This document shows positions 46,915-61,877 of a DNA stretch of 64,000 nucleotides, piece after piece; within the stretch, counting starts at the first letter, position 1, and every line of letters starts with the position of its first letter. This DNA is from Eledone cirrhosa (taxonomy: Eukaryota): the NCBI GenBank assembly GCA_964016885.1, contig OZ024750.1, positions 16,368,001 through 16,432,000 on the forward strand, written 5' to 3'. The notes under the pieces are model-generated. The model made no database searches. It was given only the letters and a program-made list of their open reading frames with translations, and was not told the DNA's origin. The position numbers were made by a program, and so were the translations under genes.

Positions 46915-47086
46915 ATACATACATTCATACACAGGGGTGGTGGAACTAGGGGGGGTGGTACCTCTATAATTATATATTTTCCCCCAAAACTACCAAAACA
47001 CACATCTATTTGTATATAAGCTACGATTTATGTACATGTTAAGTTTATCGCATATCGGAGTCTTTTTTATCTTGGTTGATATTTGA

Positions 47087-47867
47087 TAATTGTTTCTACT
47101 TTTGGCACAAGGCCAGCAATTATCCCAGTGCATTACTGGTACTTTATGCACTGGGATAATTGCTGGCCTTGTTGATTATTTAATTGCTGGCCTAGTTGAT
47201 TATTTGATAATAAGTGGTTGATATTTAATAATTGTTTCTACTTTAGGCACAAGGCCAGCAATTACCCAGTGCATTACTGGTACTTTATTTTATCGACCCC
47301 GTAAGGATGAAAGGCAAAGTCAACCTCGGCGGGATTTGAACTCAGATCGTAAAGGGACGTAACTATGCTGGAAAGCATGGCGTCCGACCCTCCACCGATA
47401 CTGCCAATCCACCGCCCTGGTTGATATTTAATAATTGTTTCTACTTTAGGCACAAGGCCAGCAATCACCCAGTGCATTACTGGTACTTTATTTTATCGAC
47501 CCCGTAAGGATGAAAGGCAAAGTCAACCTCGGCGGGATTTGAACTCAGATTGTAAAGGGACGTAACTATGCTGGAAAGCATGGCATCCGACCCTCTACCG
47601 ATACTGCCAATCCACAGCTAAACTAATCCCTACAACTAAATATTACTAAATACTAAATAGGCGATGGATTGGCAGTATCGGTAGAGGGTCAGCTGCCATG
47701 CTTTGCCGCACAGAGTTACGGTCCTTTACGGTCTGAGTTCAAACCCCGCCGAGGTTGACTTTGCCTTTCATCCTTACGGAGTCGATAAAATAAAGTACCA
47801 GTAATGCATTGAGAGTAATTTCAGGCCTTGTGCCAAAAGTAGAAACTACATTATATTACTAAATACT
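47087..47867. mobile_element. Family-1 SINE cluster: fold-back tail, two minus copies, and one plus copy with 15-bp TSD
   Basis: Plus copy 47660-47850 is flanked by atattactaaatact (47640, 47853). Confidence 0.85.
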
Positions 47868-47869
47868 TT

Positions 47870-48197
47870 AATACTTTCAAATTCTTGTGTTTATATGTTA
47901 TTTTATTTTAATTTAATTTAAATTTGCAGGAATAAGTTGAAAACTAGAACGCAAGGAGCAGCTGTTAAAACAGCTGAATGTTGTCAATGACATCATGTAA
48001 GTCGACTAAAAATACCCCTAAGGACAGGAGTTTTCAGCTTATTCCTATAAATTTCAAAGACACTCACGCTTAGTCTCCATGATTTTCGAGACATCAATGT
48101 TTATTTACCTCAATCTATTTTACTTTATTTCTCTATTTATTTATTTATTATTTATTTAGTTAAATTTTATTTTAACATATGGTCATGAATGGGTTAA
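47870..48197. mobile_element. Possible right end of a TTAA-type (piggyBac-like) DNA transposon with a decayed exon
   Basis: Ends ggtcatgaatggg-TTAA; internal inverted repeat 47920-47945/48029-48054; broken reading VE-LERKEQLLKQLNVVNDI between AG and GTAAGT. Confidence 0.35.
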
Positions 48198-48210
48198 AAT
48201 ATTCAGAAAC

Positions 48211-49745
<1,535 letters not shown>

Positions 49746-50474
49746 AGATATTTTCTCAGCTTTCCTTTCAGAAAAAGCAAACAAACAGACGAACTAAGAA
49801 ACAACGATTAAAAGAAAACAAAATGGCGAACGAAAATGTTATATAACCAAACTCTCAGCTTGTTGATCCGGTATCAATGTTTTAATATTAGAGTTGTTTT
49901 TAAGTATGTTGAAATATAGCGAATGTTATATGTATGTATATTTCTTTCTCGATTTAACAAAGGTTTATGATCTAAGTGACCTAAATTTCATGAAATATAA
50001 TATTTTAACAGCGTCCATATTTACGTCATAGCTGTGAGTTTTTAAGCTGAGTGTATTGATATACTCCTCATTATAGCTTCTCTCTTCGTCTGCTACGAAA
50101 CATTGGCTTGTGATAAAGACTATAGTAACTATAGTAAGATACACCGACTATTGAGAATCTACGTATGCATGTGAGGCAGATTTCTGACTTTCAGGCATAC
50201 TATTGATATATGAGAATTAAATGAGTTAACACGGCCGTTATATCAATAAGTAAACACAATTGAAACCATGATGCAGTTATCTGAATGTTAAAGTGTAAGT
50301 AGTTGAGTATTCCACCATAGATACCTAATTCTCAGGTAAAATATGTGTAAAACATTGTGTTAACAGCACTAGAGACATTGTCTTGTCCTCCATATGACTA
50401 AAGAAGCTCTGGAAAATTAAAAAGAAATCCAGCTTTTCTACGTTTATATAAACTCTCAAAAAGTCATATGACCG

Positions 50475-50768
50475 CGTGTTTGTGGTCGGATAAATGGTGC
50501 TAAATCGAAACCATTCAATGTGGGAGTTGAACTCCACCAAGGGTGCGTACTGTCACCTCCCCTGTTTATTATTTTCATGGACAGAATTGGCATACGAGTT
50601 GGAAGTTGTATCACAACTGACAAATGTAGAATCAGTCGGCTGGAATTTGCAGACGACATGGTATTACTTGACTCGGCAGAAGGTAATCTCCAACTTGCAC
50701 TCGATAGGTTTGATGCTGAGTGCTGCATAGTTGGAATGAAAATCAGTGCTGTGAAAACTTGTAACTAG
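50475..50768 (+). pseudogene. RTE-clade LINE reverse transcriptase fragment
   Basis: RINGAKSKPFNVGVELHQGCVLSPPLFIIFMDRI...LEFADDMVLL...LQLALDRFDAEC..GMKIS..KT contains the RT motifs QG..LSP.LF and FADD; flanks are decayed. Confidence 0.88.
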
Positions 50769-51479
50769 AAAATATATAAATATATAATATCGTTTGAAGG
50801 AAATTCTGTCTAGCAAACAGTAGACAATATCAATAGAGGAAGAAGATCAATAAGGACAGTACTGGAGAATTTGATTAGCAATAAATATTAAAATCAAAAC
50901 CAAGAACAAGACAGTCTACCAGCCGTGCTATGAATCAATCACAGTATTCGATGAAGACAGATTGGATACGAAGTGAACTTTCAAGCGTTGGTGGGAAAAC
51001 AAAAGGTATTACTGTTGGAATTAAGAATTCTGTGTAAAAGAATTTTATGATAAAAGTGGAATATATAACTGGCGTACAGCTAGCATTGAGCGGAACCTAT
51101 CAACACAGCAGTGAATTGTAAAGTATTGTCTCGGAGAATAAATGAAAATTAATGTGCTATTCAGAGAACTTAAAAACTGGTAAAATATCCTTGTTGTAGT
51201 TAGTAAATAGAGATAATAAAAAGAAACCAAGAGCATAGAGAGATATATGTCTTGGAAAATACAGTCTTCAGCATATATCTTATACTAAACATAGTTTTCA
51301 TGATGTTTCTTATACTAAAGTCCTTAAATTATATCTTTTATTAAATAAACTGTCTAAACAGGAATATTTATAAAGTCTGGTGAGAAAAGAAAAAAATTGT
51401 CTTCAAAAAGACAAAACATAGATTAGCTTGGTGGATTAAGAGCTCTGATCAGAGATTGAACGAATGAATAAATCCACCA

Positions 51480-51790
51480 TACCTGATTGTTGAGGATCGG
51501 GTGCTTCAGATCTAACCACCACTTTTCTCACCATTCGCTGCGCCTTCATTCTCTCTTCGGGATGACTAGGGCTGGAGAGCCCCGAGTTCTATTCCGACAG
51601 GATTTACTACCTTTCAGTTCTATACACTGCCACTCACAGAGAGTGAGAGTTTGTGTTCTTTGTCCTTCTTCTAGTCTGGCTGCCTTCCAGGGCTGCCGAA
51701 TCCATACCACCCGTCCAGTTATACTATAGGGGCTACATAGTCTCTGGTGTGCTGTTAGACCACTGGGAGTAAGCCACTCCATAGCTTCTA
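51480..51790 (-). mobile_element. Possible 5' UTR remnant of an RTE-like LINE
   Basis: GC-richer island; minus strand gcagccctggaaggcagccagactagaagaaggac resembles RTE 5' leader motifs as I recall them. Confidence 0.3.
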
Positions 51791-52046
51791 TTAAAACATG
51801 TCTCTCGGTGCATTGAAGTGGGGTTTCTTTAAATATTTTCACTTTATTTTCCTTTTTCAAAGAAACAGCAGATAACACAATGGTCTAGTATTAAAATAAC
51901 GTTTCCTTAAATGGTTTCGCTCTAATTTCAAGTAGAGGGTGAATAATTTCACGTTCAGTTTTGAGATAATGTTTCTATATATCCTGGATAACAGTACGGT
52001 AGATATTGTAATCTGAAATAAGATTAAATAATTATAAACATTATAA

Positions 52047-52370
52047 TCTTTTTGTTACCATATTTCTATTGAAAGACGATTTCCAAATCACTTTGAAAAT
52101 AATCAAGAACTTAGAGAGATTTAGTAATATAACGTTCACCTTATTAAGCTGGTGTTTGGAGCATAACTTAACAAAGCTTCTTACATAAATAATTTCGAAA
52201 ATTATTAAGAAGTTAAAAAGATTAAGTTGGTATTTGGAACATCACTTAACAAAGGTTCTCACATACAATTATGATGGAAGATTTTTAGATAAATACAAAC
52301 ATTTTAAAATGAACAACTCAGTATCGTAGAATCAGGACCAGTTTCGGTTGTTTGGTATAAAAAGGGTTAA
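52047..52370. mobile_element. TTAA-ended (piggyBac-like) MITE, decayed
   Basis: tctttttgttacca ... tggtataaaaaggg-TTAA imperfect TIRs. Confidence 0.45.
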
Positions 52371-52484
52371 ACTTAGAGAGCAAACAGAGACTGATACTTT
52401 TAAACAATGATGTATCAACTTATCTATTATTTGTGATCTCAATATACACATCTCAAACCATAGTATTACTACACATTTCATATA

Positions 52485-52792
52485 CAATGAAACCTCGTTC
52501 TTGAAGGCTGTTCGTCACCTGAAATGTTCGTAAATCGAAACTATTCTTCCCATACGAAATGGTGAGAGAGAGACTGTGTTTGAAAGACAGATAGATATCA
52601 CCATTGTGACTAACTACGTAGCAAGTGACGCTTTCCTACCGATACGCCAAGCTTGTTGCCAAACGTTGTTGCCGCCTTGTGTGTTCGTTACTCGAGACAT
52701 CACTCGTGAACCGAGACATTTTAAGTTCGGAAAAATTGTTCGTGAACCGATTTGTTGGCGATGAGATGCGTTCATGAACCGAGGTTTCACTG
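52485..52792. mobile_element. Tigger/pogo-like MITE
   Basis: TA-caatgaaacctcgttcttgaa ... ttcatgaaccgaggtttcactg-TA, with subterminal gttcgt/gaaccga repeats. Confidence 0.75.
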
Positions 52793-52959
52793 TATTTCCT
52801 TATATTTCATATATTCTTCGCAGAATTCTTTCTATATAATGGAAATACTTTACACTTAAAGCTCACTGATGTTCTGGCACAGAATCAGCATGAAACATGC
52901 TTACAATGGTTGATATCCGTTCTAGTAGTGGAAAAGATGCAATACATAGTTGAGAGGAA

Positions 52960-53644
52960 ATTAATAACGGTTTCTAATTTACGTACAAATATTTGGGGGG
53001 GCCAGGGGTAACGTTGGTTAGATCAACCCTAACACTTAACTGGTATTTTATTTTATTGACCCAGGAATGATGGAAAGCAAAGTTGACCTCGGCGGAATTT
53101 CAACTCTGAACGCAAAAAGATGTAACTAAATACCTCAAAACATTTCGTCCCGACGATTTAATGATTCTGAGAGGAAATTGAAAACAATTTCCAACATAGC
53201 CAGAAAGCCAGGAATATTGGCAATTATATGGTATTTTCTTTTTACCGATCACTGGTGGATGAAAGGTAAAATAAGCACAGCGGGATTTTGAGAGCACATA
53301 ACGTAAAGGGCTATAATTATATATCGTATTTCCCGGCGCCGAAGACGCTACTTTTTTCCTAAAATAAATCTAAAAAATCTACCATGCGTCCTGGAGGCCG
53401 AAGGTTTATTAATTTTTTTTTTTATTTTGGTTGTCAAAATTAGGGTGCGTCCAGCAATTTTGGGGGAGGGAAAAGTCGATTAAATCGACCCCAGTGCGTG
53501 ACTGGTACTTTATTTTATCAACCCCGTAAGGATGAAAGGCAAAGTTAACCTCGGCGGGATTTGAACTCAGATCATAAAGAGCCGTAACTCTATGCTGAAA
53601 AACATGGCGTACGACCCTCTACCGATACTGCCAATCCACCGCCC
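52960..53644 (-). mobile_element. Diverged SINE-1 relatives, a truncated Tc2-like MITE and a young SINE-1 (53452-53644)
   Basis: Body motifs at ~53050, ~53250 and ~53510. Confidence 0.75.
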
Positions 53645-54119
53645 AATAATAATAATGATAATAATGATTTCTTTATTGGCCTCAAGGGCCTACATATAGG
53701 GGACAATATAATAGACGGGGACAGTATGGGTTTACAAAAAACATGGAGTAAAAACAAATTAACATAAACAATAACAATAAAAATATAACAAAATAAATTC
53801 TCCAATAGGGGGGGGGGGGTAGAACTACCCAGGGTCGACTCAGGTACCCCACCAATCATGAACCACCCGATGCTTCGAGGGCACCCCTCTCCTTCGCAAA
53901 TTGATGGTGATGGTTAATGATGGAGGTGGTGTTGGTGGTGGTGGCGGTGGCGTGCTGTTTATATATTTTCATTGATATTCTTTTAATCTCTTCCTTTAGA
54001 ATTCCACAGCAATTTTTAAAACGAGGAACTGTTGATATTACGTAAAATAACAAAACAAATAAAAGGATGAAAATCTTAAAGAAAAGGAGAAAGAAAGCAA
54101 AGAATTAAACAAAGTTAGA

Positions 54120-54214
54120 AAGAAAAAAGAAAGAAAGAAAGAAAGAAAGAAAAAAGAAAAAAAGAAAGAAAGAAAAAATAAGAAAGAAAGAACCTTAAAG
54201 AAAAGGTGAAAGAA

Positions 54215-54274
<60 letters not shown>

Positions 54275-54702
54275 CAGAACACAAAGAATCAAGCAAAGAA
54301 AGAAAGAAAGAAAGAAAACAAAGAATCAAGCAAAGAAAGAAAGAAAGAGGAAGAAGTCTCTTAAAAACGAAATTGTATGAGTTTTGGGTGAAGAAAAAAC
54401 TGAAAAGCTGACGAGATGACTTCCACATTTTATAGAAAACATTCTTACAGATTGTTTTATTCCTTTCATTCATTCATTCTTCTTTTTCCTCTTCTTCTTC
54501 ATCATATTCTTCTTTTTCTTCTTCTTCTTCTTCTTCTTCTTCTTCGTCATATTCTTCTTCCTCTTCTTCTTTATCATCATCATCATCATATACATTTCCT
54601 TCATCGTCATCACCATTATTATATACGTCATCATCATCACCATCGTCATCATCACCATCGTCACCATCATCACCATCATTCTCATTAGCAGCATCACCAT
54701 CG

Positions 54703-54737
<35 letters not shown>

Positions 54738-54960
54738 TCAACCACCATTTCCATCACCACCACCATCACCATCATCACCATCGTCATCATCATCACCACC
54801 ACCACCACCATTTCCATCACCATCACCATCGTCATCATCATCACCATCACCACCACCATTTCCATCACCATCACCATCGTCATCATCATCACCACCACCA
54901 CCACCACCACCATTTCCATCACCATCACCATCACCATCCCACCCTTCTGCCCTACCTAAC

Positions 54961-55016
<56 letters not shown>
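54120..55016. repeat. (GAAA)n, (CTT)n, (CAT/CAC)n and (CT)n microsatellites
   Basis: Direct reading. Confidence 0.92.
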
Positions 55017-55021
<5 letters not shown>

Positions 55022-55901
55022 GAAGTAAACGTTACCCAGAATGTGAAACTGTGTCGTGCCCGTGTTGCTCTGTAGAACAACAGACGACGGCAGTGGTTGG
55101 GTTAGGAGGGGCCGTGGTGGTGGTGGAGGTGGAGCGGTGGTTGTAGGTTTGAGAGGGCCGTGGTGGTGGTGGAGGAGGAGCGGTGGTTGTAGGTTTGGGA
55201 GGGTTGTTGTGATGGGAGTGTGCTGTTGGTGGCGTTGTGATGGTGTTGTTGTTGTTGTTGGTGGTGATGGTGTGGTGGTGGGGGTGTTAGTAAGGTGGTG
55301 GTGTGTTAGTTAGGGTGGGAGTGTGTTAGTTAGGGTGGGAGTGTGTTAGTTAGGTGGTGGTGATTATGGCGGCCATAAAGTAGAACTTAGTTAACAAAAC
55401 AATATTTGAATGAAATATATTTCACTATTTTTTTCTTTCATGTAAAAGTTGCAAGTGATATGTTTTACACATGTGTCTTGTGAATCTATTATATATATAT
55501 ATATAATGATAAGAAACGAAAGGGGCTGTGTGGTTACTAAAAACAAGGTTTAGGATGGTGGTTTGGACGGAACAAGAAGAGAAAAGAAGAAAGAATCCTT
55601 TGTCAGCTGTAAATCCGCGATCCAGATGTTTCGGCACTTATTTACAGGGCATCTTTGGTGATCCGCGGTGCGTCCCAGGCCTTTTCTTAATCAAAAGGCC
55701 AGGAACAAAAGAAGAGAAAAAGGAAGGAAAAAGAAGATATAGATAGATAGATAGATAGATAGATAGGTAGATAGATAGATAGATATAGAGATATATAATA
55801 TATATAGATATAATATATATATATAATATATATGCGTCTTGTGAATATATATGTATAGATCGAAACGGCTGGAGCTCAGCCGTCGGGGTCCTGACTCTTT
55901 T

Positions 55902-55935
<34 letters not shown>

Positions 55936-56065
55936 AAAAGAATGTTTTCTATAAAATGTGGAAGTCATCTCGTCAGCTTTTCAGTTTTTTTCTTCACCCA
56001 AAACTCATACAATTTCGTGACTTCTCTTTCTTTCTTTCTTTCTTTCTTTGCTTGATTCTTTGTTT

Positions 56066-56109
<44 letters not shown>

Positions 56110-56118
56110 TCCTTTCTG

Positions 56119-56184
<66 letters not shown>

Positions 56185-56194
56185 GAGAGAGAGA

Positions 56195-56744
<550 letters not shown>

Positions 56745-56885
56745 CGATTTCGACAGACATAGCCGGGGGCGTAATACCACAAATTGCTTGATAAATTGTT
56801 AACAATAACTTAAAGATATTTACAGCAGCAACTTTAGTCTAAATAATTTATATAGATATAGAACAAAGAGTGAAAATACCTATAG

Positions 56886-57001
<116 letters not shown>

Positions 57002-57149
57002 ATACATCAACACATATATATAAATATACATAGTTATGGGGAGCATCGGAGTTGTTTTAGTCTACCCTCTAGCAAACATGTTTTCCTTCCGTTATCCAAG
57101 AAAACCAGTACAACAAGAGGGAGGCATCTATAACAACATACAAATGTGT

Positions 57150-57191
<42 letters not shown>

Positions 57192-57482
57192 CATAATCAT
57201 CATAATCATCATACATACATAATCATCATAATCATCATCATCATCGTCGTTTAACATCTTTTTTCCTCAGATTAGACGAATTGTTCCCTTGTGAAATAAG
57301 TCTGAACAGAAAAACATAAAGAAGAAATAAAAGTGACTTCTGTTGTTTTGAATTATTGATGTTACCGGAACTTTGAGACAGCAGAACCAAATATCAGCCC
57401 GGAGCATATCAATGAATCAAAGCAACAGAAATAAGCTTTATTTCTTCTATATATTTTTCTGTTTCTTCTGTTCAATTTCTAG

Positions 57483-57539
57483 CTGTCTGATGAGGTCATA
57501 ACTGTCGCATAACGGTTATCACTGAAATATATATAACAG
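57483..57539 (+). ncRNA. Type I minimal hammerhead ribozyme, intact, in element ~57300-57700
   Basis: ctgt CTGATGA ggtcataactgt-cgcata-acggttatcact GAAA TATATA TA acag; upstream imperfect hairpin; downstream GTTGAGTGCT. Confidence 0.85.
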
Positions 57540-58024
57540 TGATTAGGAATAAATGAAGTGAATTATAATCTGTTTACTTGTACTTCATGTTTATAAATAT
57601 ACTTCGGACTAAATAGACCCATTTGTGCACTTCGTTGAGTGCTCTACCCAGCATACTAAAGTGTCAGTGATAAACTAACACATACTCTAATTAATATTAT
57701 ATATATATATGTGTGTGTGTGTGAGTGTGAGTGTGCGTGGGGGGGGGGCGATGGACGGGTGTCCTGTCCAGTGGGTAGTCATGTACTGTCAGTCACTTAA
57801 CACGAATAAAACTAGCATAACCTCTGGCTTCATGAGACGACTCCGGGTTAAGACCAGACTTTAACCCACCGATGGTCTCGCATCATGCACAGGGGCAAGT
57901 ATTGTACCCCCACCCTCAATGAGAAGGACGGTCGAGAAGCTGTTTATATCTGCTCCTAGCGGCATAGACCCCTAAAGCTCTTAGTACTTACTATCAAGTC
58001 ATATTAGTAAGCGAATGACAGACG

Positions 58025-58112
58025 TAATAATAGTACTGGCAGCAGCATCAGTAATAGTTATAGTATTATTAGTAGTAGCAATAGTAGTAGTAGTAGTAGT
58101 AGTAGCAGCAAC

Positions 58113-58156
<44 letters not shown>

Positions 58157-58215
58157 CAACAGTAGTGGTAGTAGTAGTAGTAGTAGTAGCAGCAGCAGCA
58201 GCAGCAACAGTAGTG

Positions 58216-58251
<36 letters not shown>

Positions 58252-58266
58252 CCAGCAGCAACAGTA

Positions 58267-58318
<52 letters not shown>

Positions 58319-58393
58319 CAACAGTAGTAATAGTAGTAGTAGTAGTAGTAGTAGTAGTAGCAGCAACAGTAGTAGTAGTAGTAGTAGTAGTAC
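58025..58393. repeat. (TAG/CAG)n
   Basis: Direct reading. Confidence 0.95.
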
Positions 58394-58636
58394 TAACAGA
58401 AATTTAATCCCGGTGTCAACAGAGTGTTATATGGTTTTTAAAATCTTGTATTTCGAGACATTTCTAAATGCTCTTTGATGCTATTCCACTCACCTTTCCA
58501 CACAACAGCTCAATAACCTGATTGATATCGATTTTCAAGCCAATATATATTTATTTTTGTAGTTTTAACATTTATATAGAATCTATTAAATATTAAACAT
58601 ACACAATAGAGAAATAGGATAGGAGTGTAAATAGAG

Positions 58637-59138
58637 GTGTGTGTGTGTGTGTGTGTGAGTATGTGTAATGCAGTGAATGTGTGTGTGTGTGTGGCTGTGT
58701 GTGTATAATGCAGTGAATGTGTGTGTGTGGCTGTGTGTGTATAATGCAGTGAATGTGTGTAAGTGAGTGTGTAATGTAGTGTATGTGACGTAAGTGCGTG
58801 TGTGTATGTGTGAGTGTGTAATGTAGTGAATGTGTGTAAGTGAGTGTGTAATGTAGTGTATGTGTGTAGGTGAGTGTGTAATGTAGTGTATGTGTGTGAG
58901 TGTGTAAAGTAGTGTATGTGTGTAAGTGAGTGTGTAATGTAGTGTATGTGTGTAAGTGAGTGTGTAATGTAGTGTATGTGTGTAAAGTAGTGAATGTGTG
59001 TAAGTGAGTGTGTAATGCAGTGAATGTGTGTAAGTGAGTGTGTAATGTAGTGTATGTGTGTGAGTGTGTAATGTAGTGTATGTGTGTAAGTGAGTGTGTA
59101 ATGTAGTGTATGTGTGTGAGTGTGTAATGTAGTGTATA
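58637..59138. repeat. TG-rich minisatellite (GAGTGTGTAATGTAGTGTATGTGTGTAAGT)
   Basis: Direct reading. Confidence 0.9.
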
Positions 59139-59139
59139 G

Positions 59140-59378
59140 TAAAGGCGCGTGGCTTTGTGGTTAGGGTGTTCGACTCACAATCGTAAGGTCGTGAGTTCGA
59201 TTCCGGGCGGCGTGTTGTGTCCTTCAGCAAGACACTTTACTTAACGTTGCTCCAGTCCACCCAGCTGGCAAAAATGAGTTGTGCCTGTAATTCGAAGAGT
59301 CAGCCTTGTCTCATTCTGTGTCACGCTGATTCTGTGTCACTGAGAACTACGGGAAGGGCACACGTGTCTGTGGAGTGG
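59140..59378 (+). mobile_element. Family-2 tRNA-derived CORE-type SINE, best-preserved copy
   Basis: A-box TGGCTTTGTGG, B-box GAGTTCGATTCC, core tgtgtccttcagcaagacactttacttaacgttgctccagtccacccagctg. Confidence 0.85.
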
Positions 59379-59594
59379 AACGCCTATGAACTTTTCAGCT
59401 GATTCTCGTATGTATTTTTGTACGGTCCCGTAACTCCTGATAGAGTCGTAGGGTCGCCGTATTGACATACGGCGTTTCTTGGGCATTTTTAAAGCCTGGC
59501 AGAGCCCCACCCCTCTCCAGGCCTGAATACAGCAGATTTCTTCCAGAGAGAAAGAGAGAGAGAGAGAAAATGAGAAAGAAATATAGAGGAAAAA

Positions 59595-60185
59595 TCCACC
59601 CCAGTATTAGACTGGTACTTTTTTATCGACCTCGAATGGATGAAAGGCAAAGTTGACCTCGGCAGGATTTGAACTCAGAGAGCAGAGAGTCGGAACGAAG
59701 GACAATAAAGCATTCTATAGAATGTTCTAAGACTCTGCCAATTCATCGCCAATGACCCTCTTATATAAAGTATGAAATGGATGCAACCTTCTCGAAAGGT
59801 TAAGAGGCATGCTTCGCAATCATCAGACTCCTGGTTCGATCCCACTGTATGACATCTTGGACAAGTGTCTTTACCATAGTTTCAGGTCGACCCGTGACTT
59901 ACGGTGGAAATTGTATAAACGGAAACTGTTTGGAAGCCCATCAGGTTGACTGTACGTTTGGAATACTCAGCCACTCACATCATACTATATTATAATCAGT
60001 ATTGTACCTGTAATTCAAACTGTCGGCCTCATCATACACGGTGTCATACTGAATCTTCCTGAGAATTATGCTGAGGTACACGTGTCTGTGGAATGCTCAG
60101 TCAATTACACCTTAATTTCATAAACAAGCTGTTCCGTTGATTGAACAACTACAGCACTCATCGTGGAAACCGATGGAGATCCATC
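59595..60185. mobile_element. Old SINE fragments (family 1 on minus; CORE-type on plus)
   Basis: ggatgaaaggcaaagttgacctcggc at ~59638; ggttcgatcccactg at ~59833; family-2 tail at 60000-60185. Confidence 0.65.
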
Positions 60186-60498
60186 AATGGTGTGTTTTAT
60201 TTGGACGGAGGCGGTTTTTGGCTGCTATTTTTAGCTGGTCGTGTAACCGTCCGTATAGAGTTTCCTTTAATGGTGGTTCTACCAATTATTGTTGAAATAA
60301 GTAGCCATGGCTGTAATTATATTCCTGTGTAAGGTGAGATGGAAGAATCCTTACAAATTGTTTCGATGAATGAATTACAACACACATATATATATATGCA
60401 TCTATGTGTGTGTGTGTGTGTGTGTGTGTACACACATATATATATATATATATATGTATGCATCTTTGTCTGTATATATATATATATATACATACATA

Positions 60499-60597
60499 CA
60501 GGGTGTCCCAAAACATGGTATACACACTTCCAAAACATTCTAATAAATATTGCCTGTACAGGTAATCAAAGTGTATATACATTTTTGAAACACCCTG
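60499..60597. mobile_element. Tc1/mariner-like mini-MITE
   Basis: TIRs cagggtgtcccaaaacatggtatacacactt / aagtgtatatacatttttgaaacaccctg. Confidence 0.7.
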
Positions 60598-60810
60598 AGT
60601 GTATATATATATATATATATATATATGGGTCCTGTATTTTCGTTGCTCTAGTGATGCGGTCGGACTGCCGACTGCTATATCTAATTTGCTAAGCTGTCTG
60701 AATATAATGTTATACTCTGGGGTCTTACCTCATATGAGTGCTAAAGCTACAAACCGAATAAGCATACACGCTAGCTTGGCCGTATACTAGAGCTTCGTCT
60801 ATGCTGTACT

Positions 60811-60851
<41 letters not shown>

Positions 60852-61059
60852 CTAGAAAGTTAAGGGAACACAAACAAGAGATAGACATTTTCCCTTCATC
60901 AGCTGTTTACTACGGGTCGCGGATGTTTCAGCAATAAGTTATGAGGGAAAGAAAAGACGAAAACGGGGCGATACCGAAGTGAGAAAAGGAAATAAAAATA
61001 GAGAGAAAAAAAGTAAAAAACATACCGATAAAAGGGGGAAACACAGGACAATGGCACAT

Positions 61060-61550
61060 GCAAGTAAGTAAGTAAGTAACTGGGGGGAGAGAGAGAGTAC
61101 GAAGTTTAAAAAAAAAAGGCAGTTGGGCTTAAGCCCAAGGGCCTTATTAACAGCGAGAGAGCTAAGATGAACACGTCTATTCTCGGTGAGAACGGAGTAA
61201 AGAGAGAGAGAGAGACGAAGAAAACGGAAGTGGTAAGAGGGGCAGAGAGAAATGGAGAAAAGAGGAGGAGGAGGGAAAGAGTTAATCCAAAATATGGTTC
61301 CAAGGTTGCTAGGCCAGGGTTTGGCACTGGGAATGAGTTCGCACTACTTAAAAAATGCCCCTCGCGACATGCGCATCAAATACCCTCTGGCAACTATGTC
61401 CAACTCTTAGTCTTCTCGTGTAGCTTAACGTGTAAGCACAACGTAACTCTCCCTGCGGACAGGAGATTGGGCGTAGGCGGGTTCTGGCGCCTTCAAACCA
61501 GTGCTCCAGATACATGGAACTCGTCAGCCTAGCAGGGCAGTCCATCTAAG
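61060..61550 (-). mobile_element. Possible decayed L1/Tx1-like LINE 3' end
   Basis: Minus-strand fragments CIWSTGLKA and RRLRV..RVFDAHVAR, a pyrimidine-rich 3' region and a (TTAC)n tail. Weak. Confidence 0.3.
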
Positions 61551-61622
61551 AGAAAGCAAACATATTAATATATATATTTGAATGTGTGTATATATATATA
61601 TATATATACACATATGTATATG

Positions 61623-61671
<49 letters not shown>

Positions 61672-61773
61672 GTATATGCAAATATATATATATATATACA
61701 CATATGCATATATATATATATACACACACACATGTGTATATGCATGTGTGTGTATATATATATATACATGTGG

Positions 61774-61838
<65 letters not shown>

Positions 61839-61839
61839 G

Positions 61840-61877
<38 letters not shown>

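Noticed and set aside
59140-59210. tRNA gene
   Set aside because: A and B boxes run directly into a CORE-like SINE body, and the copies are dispersed and decayed.
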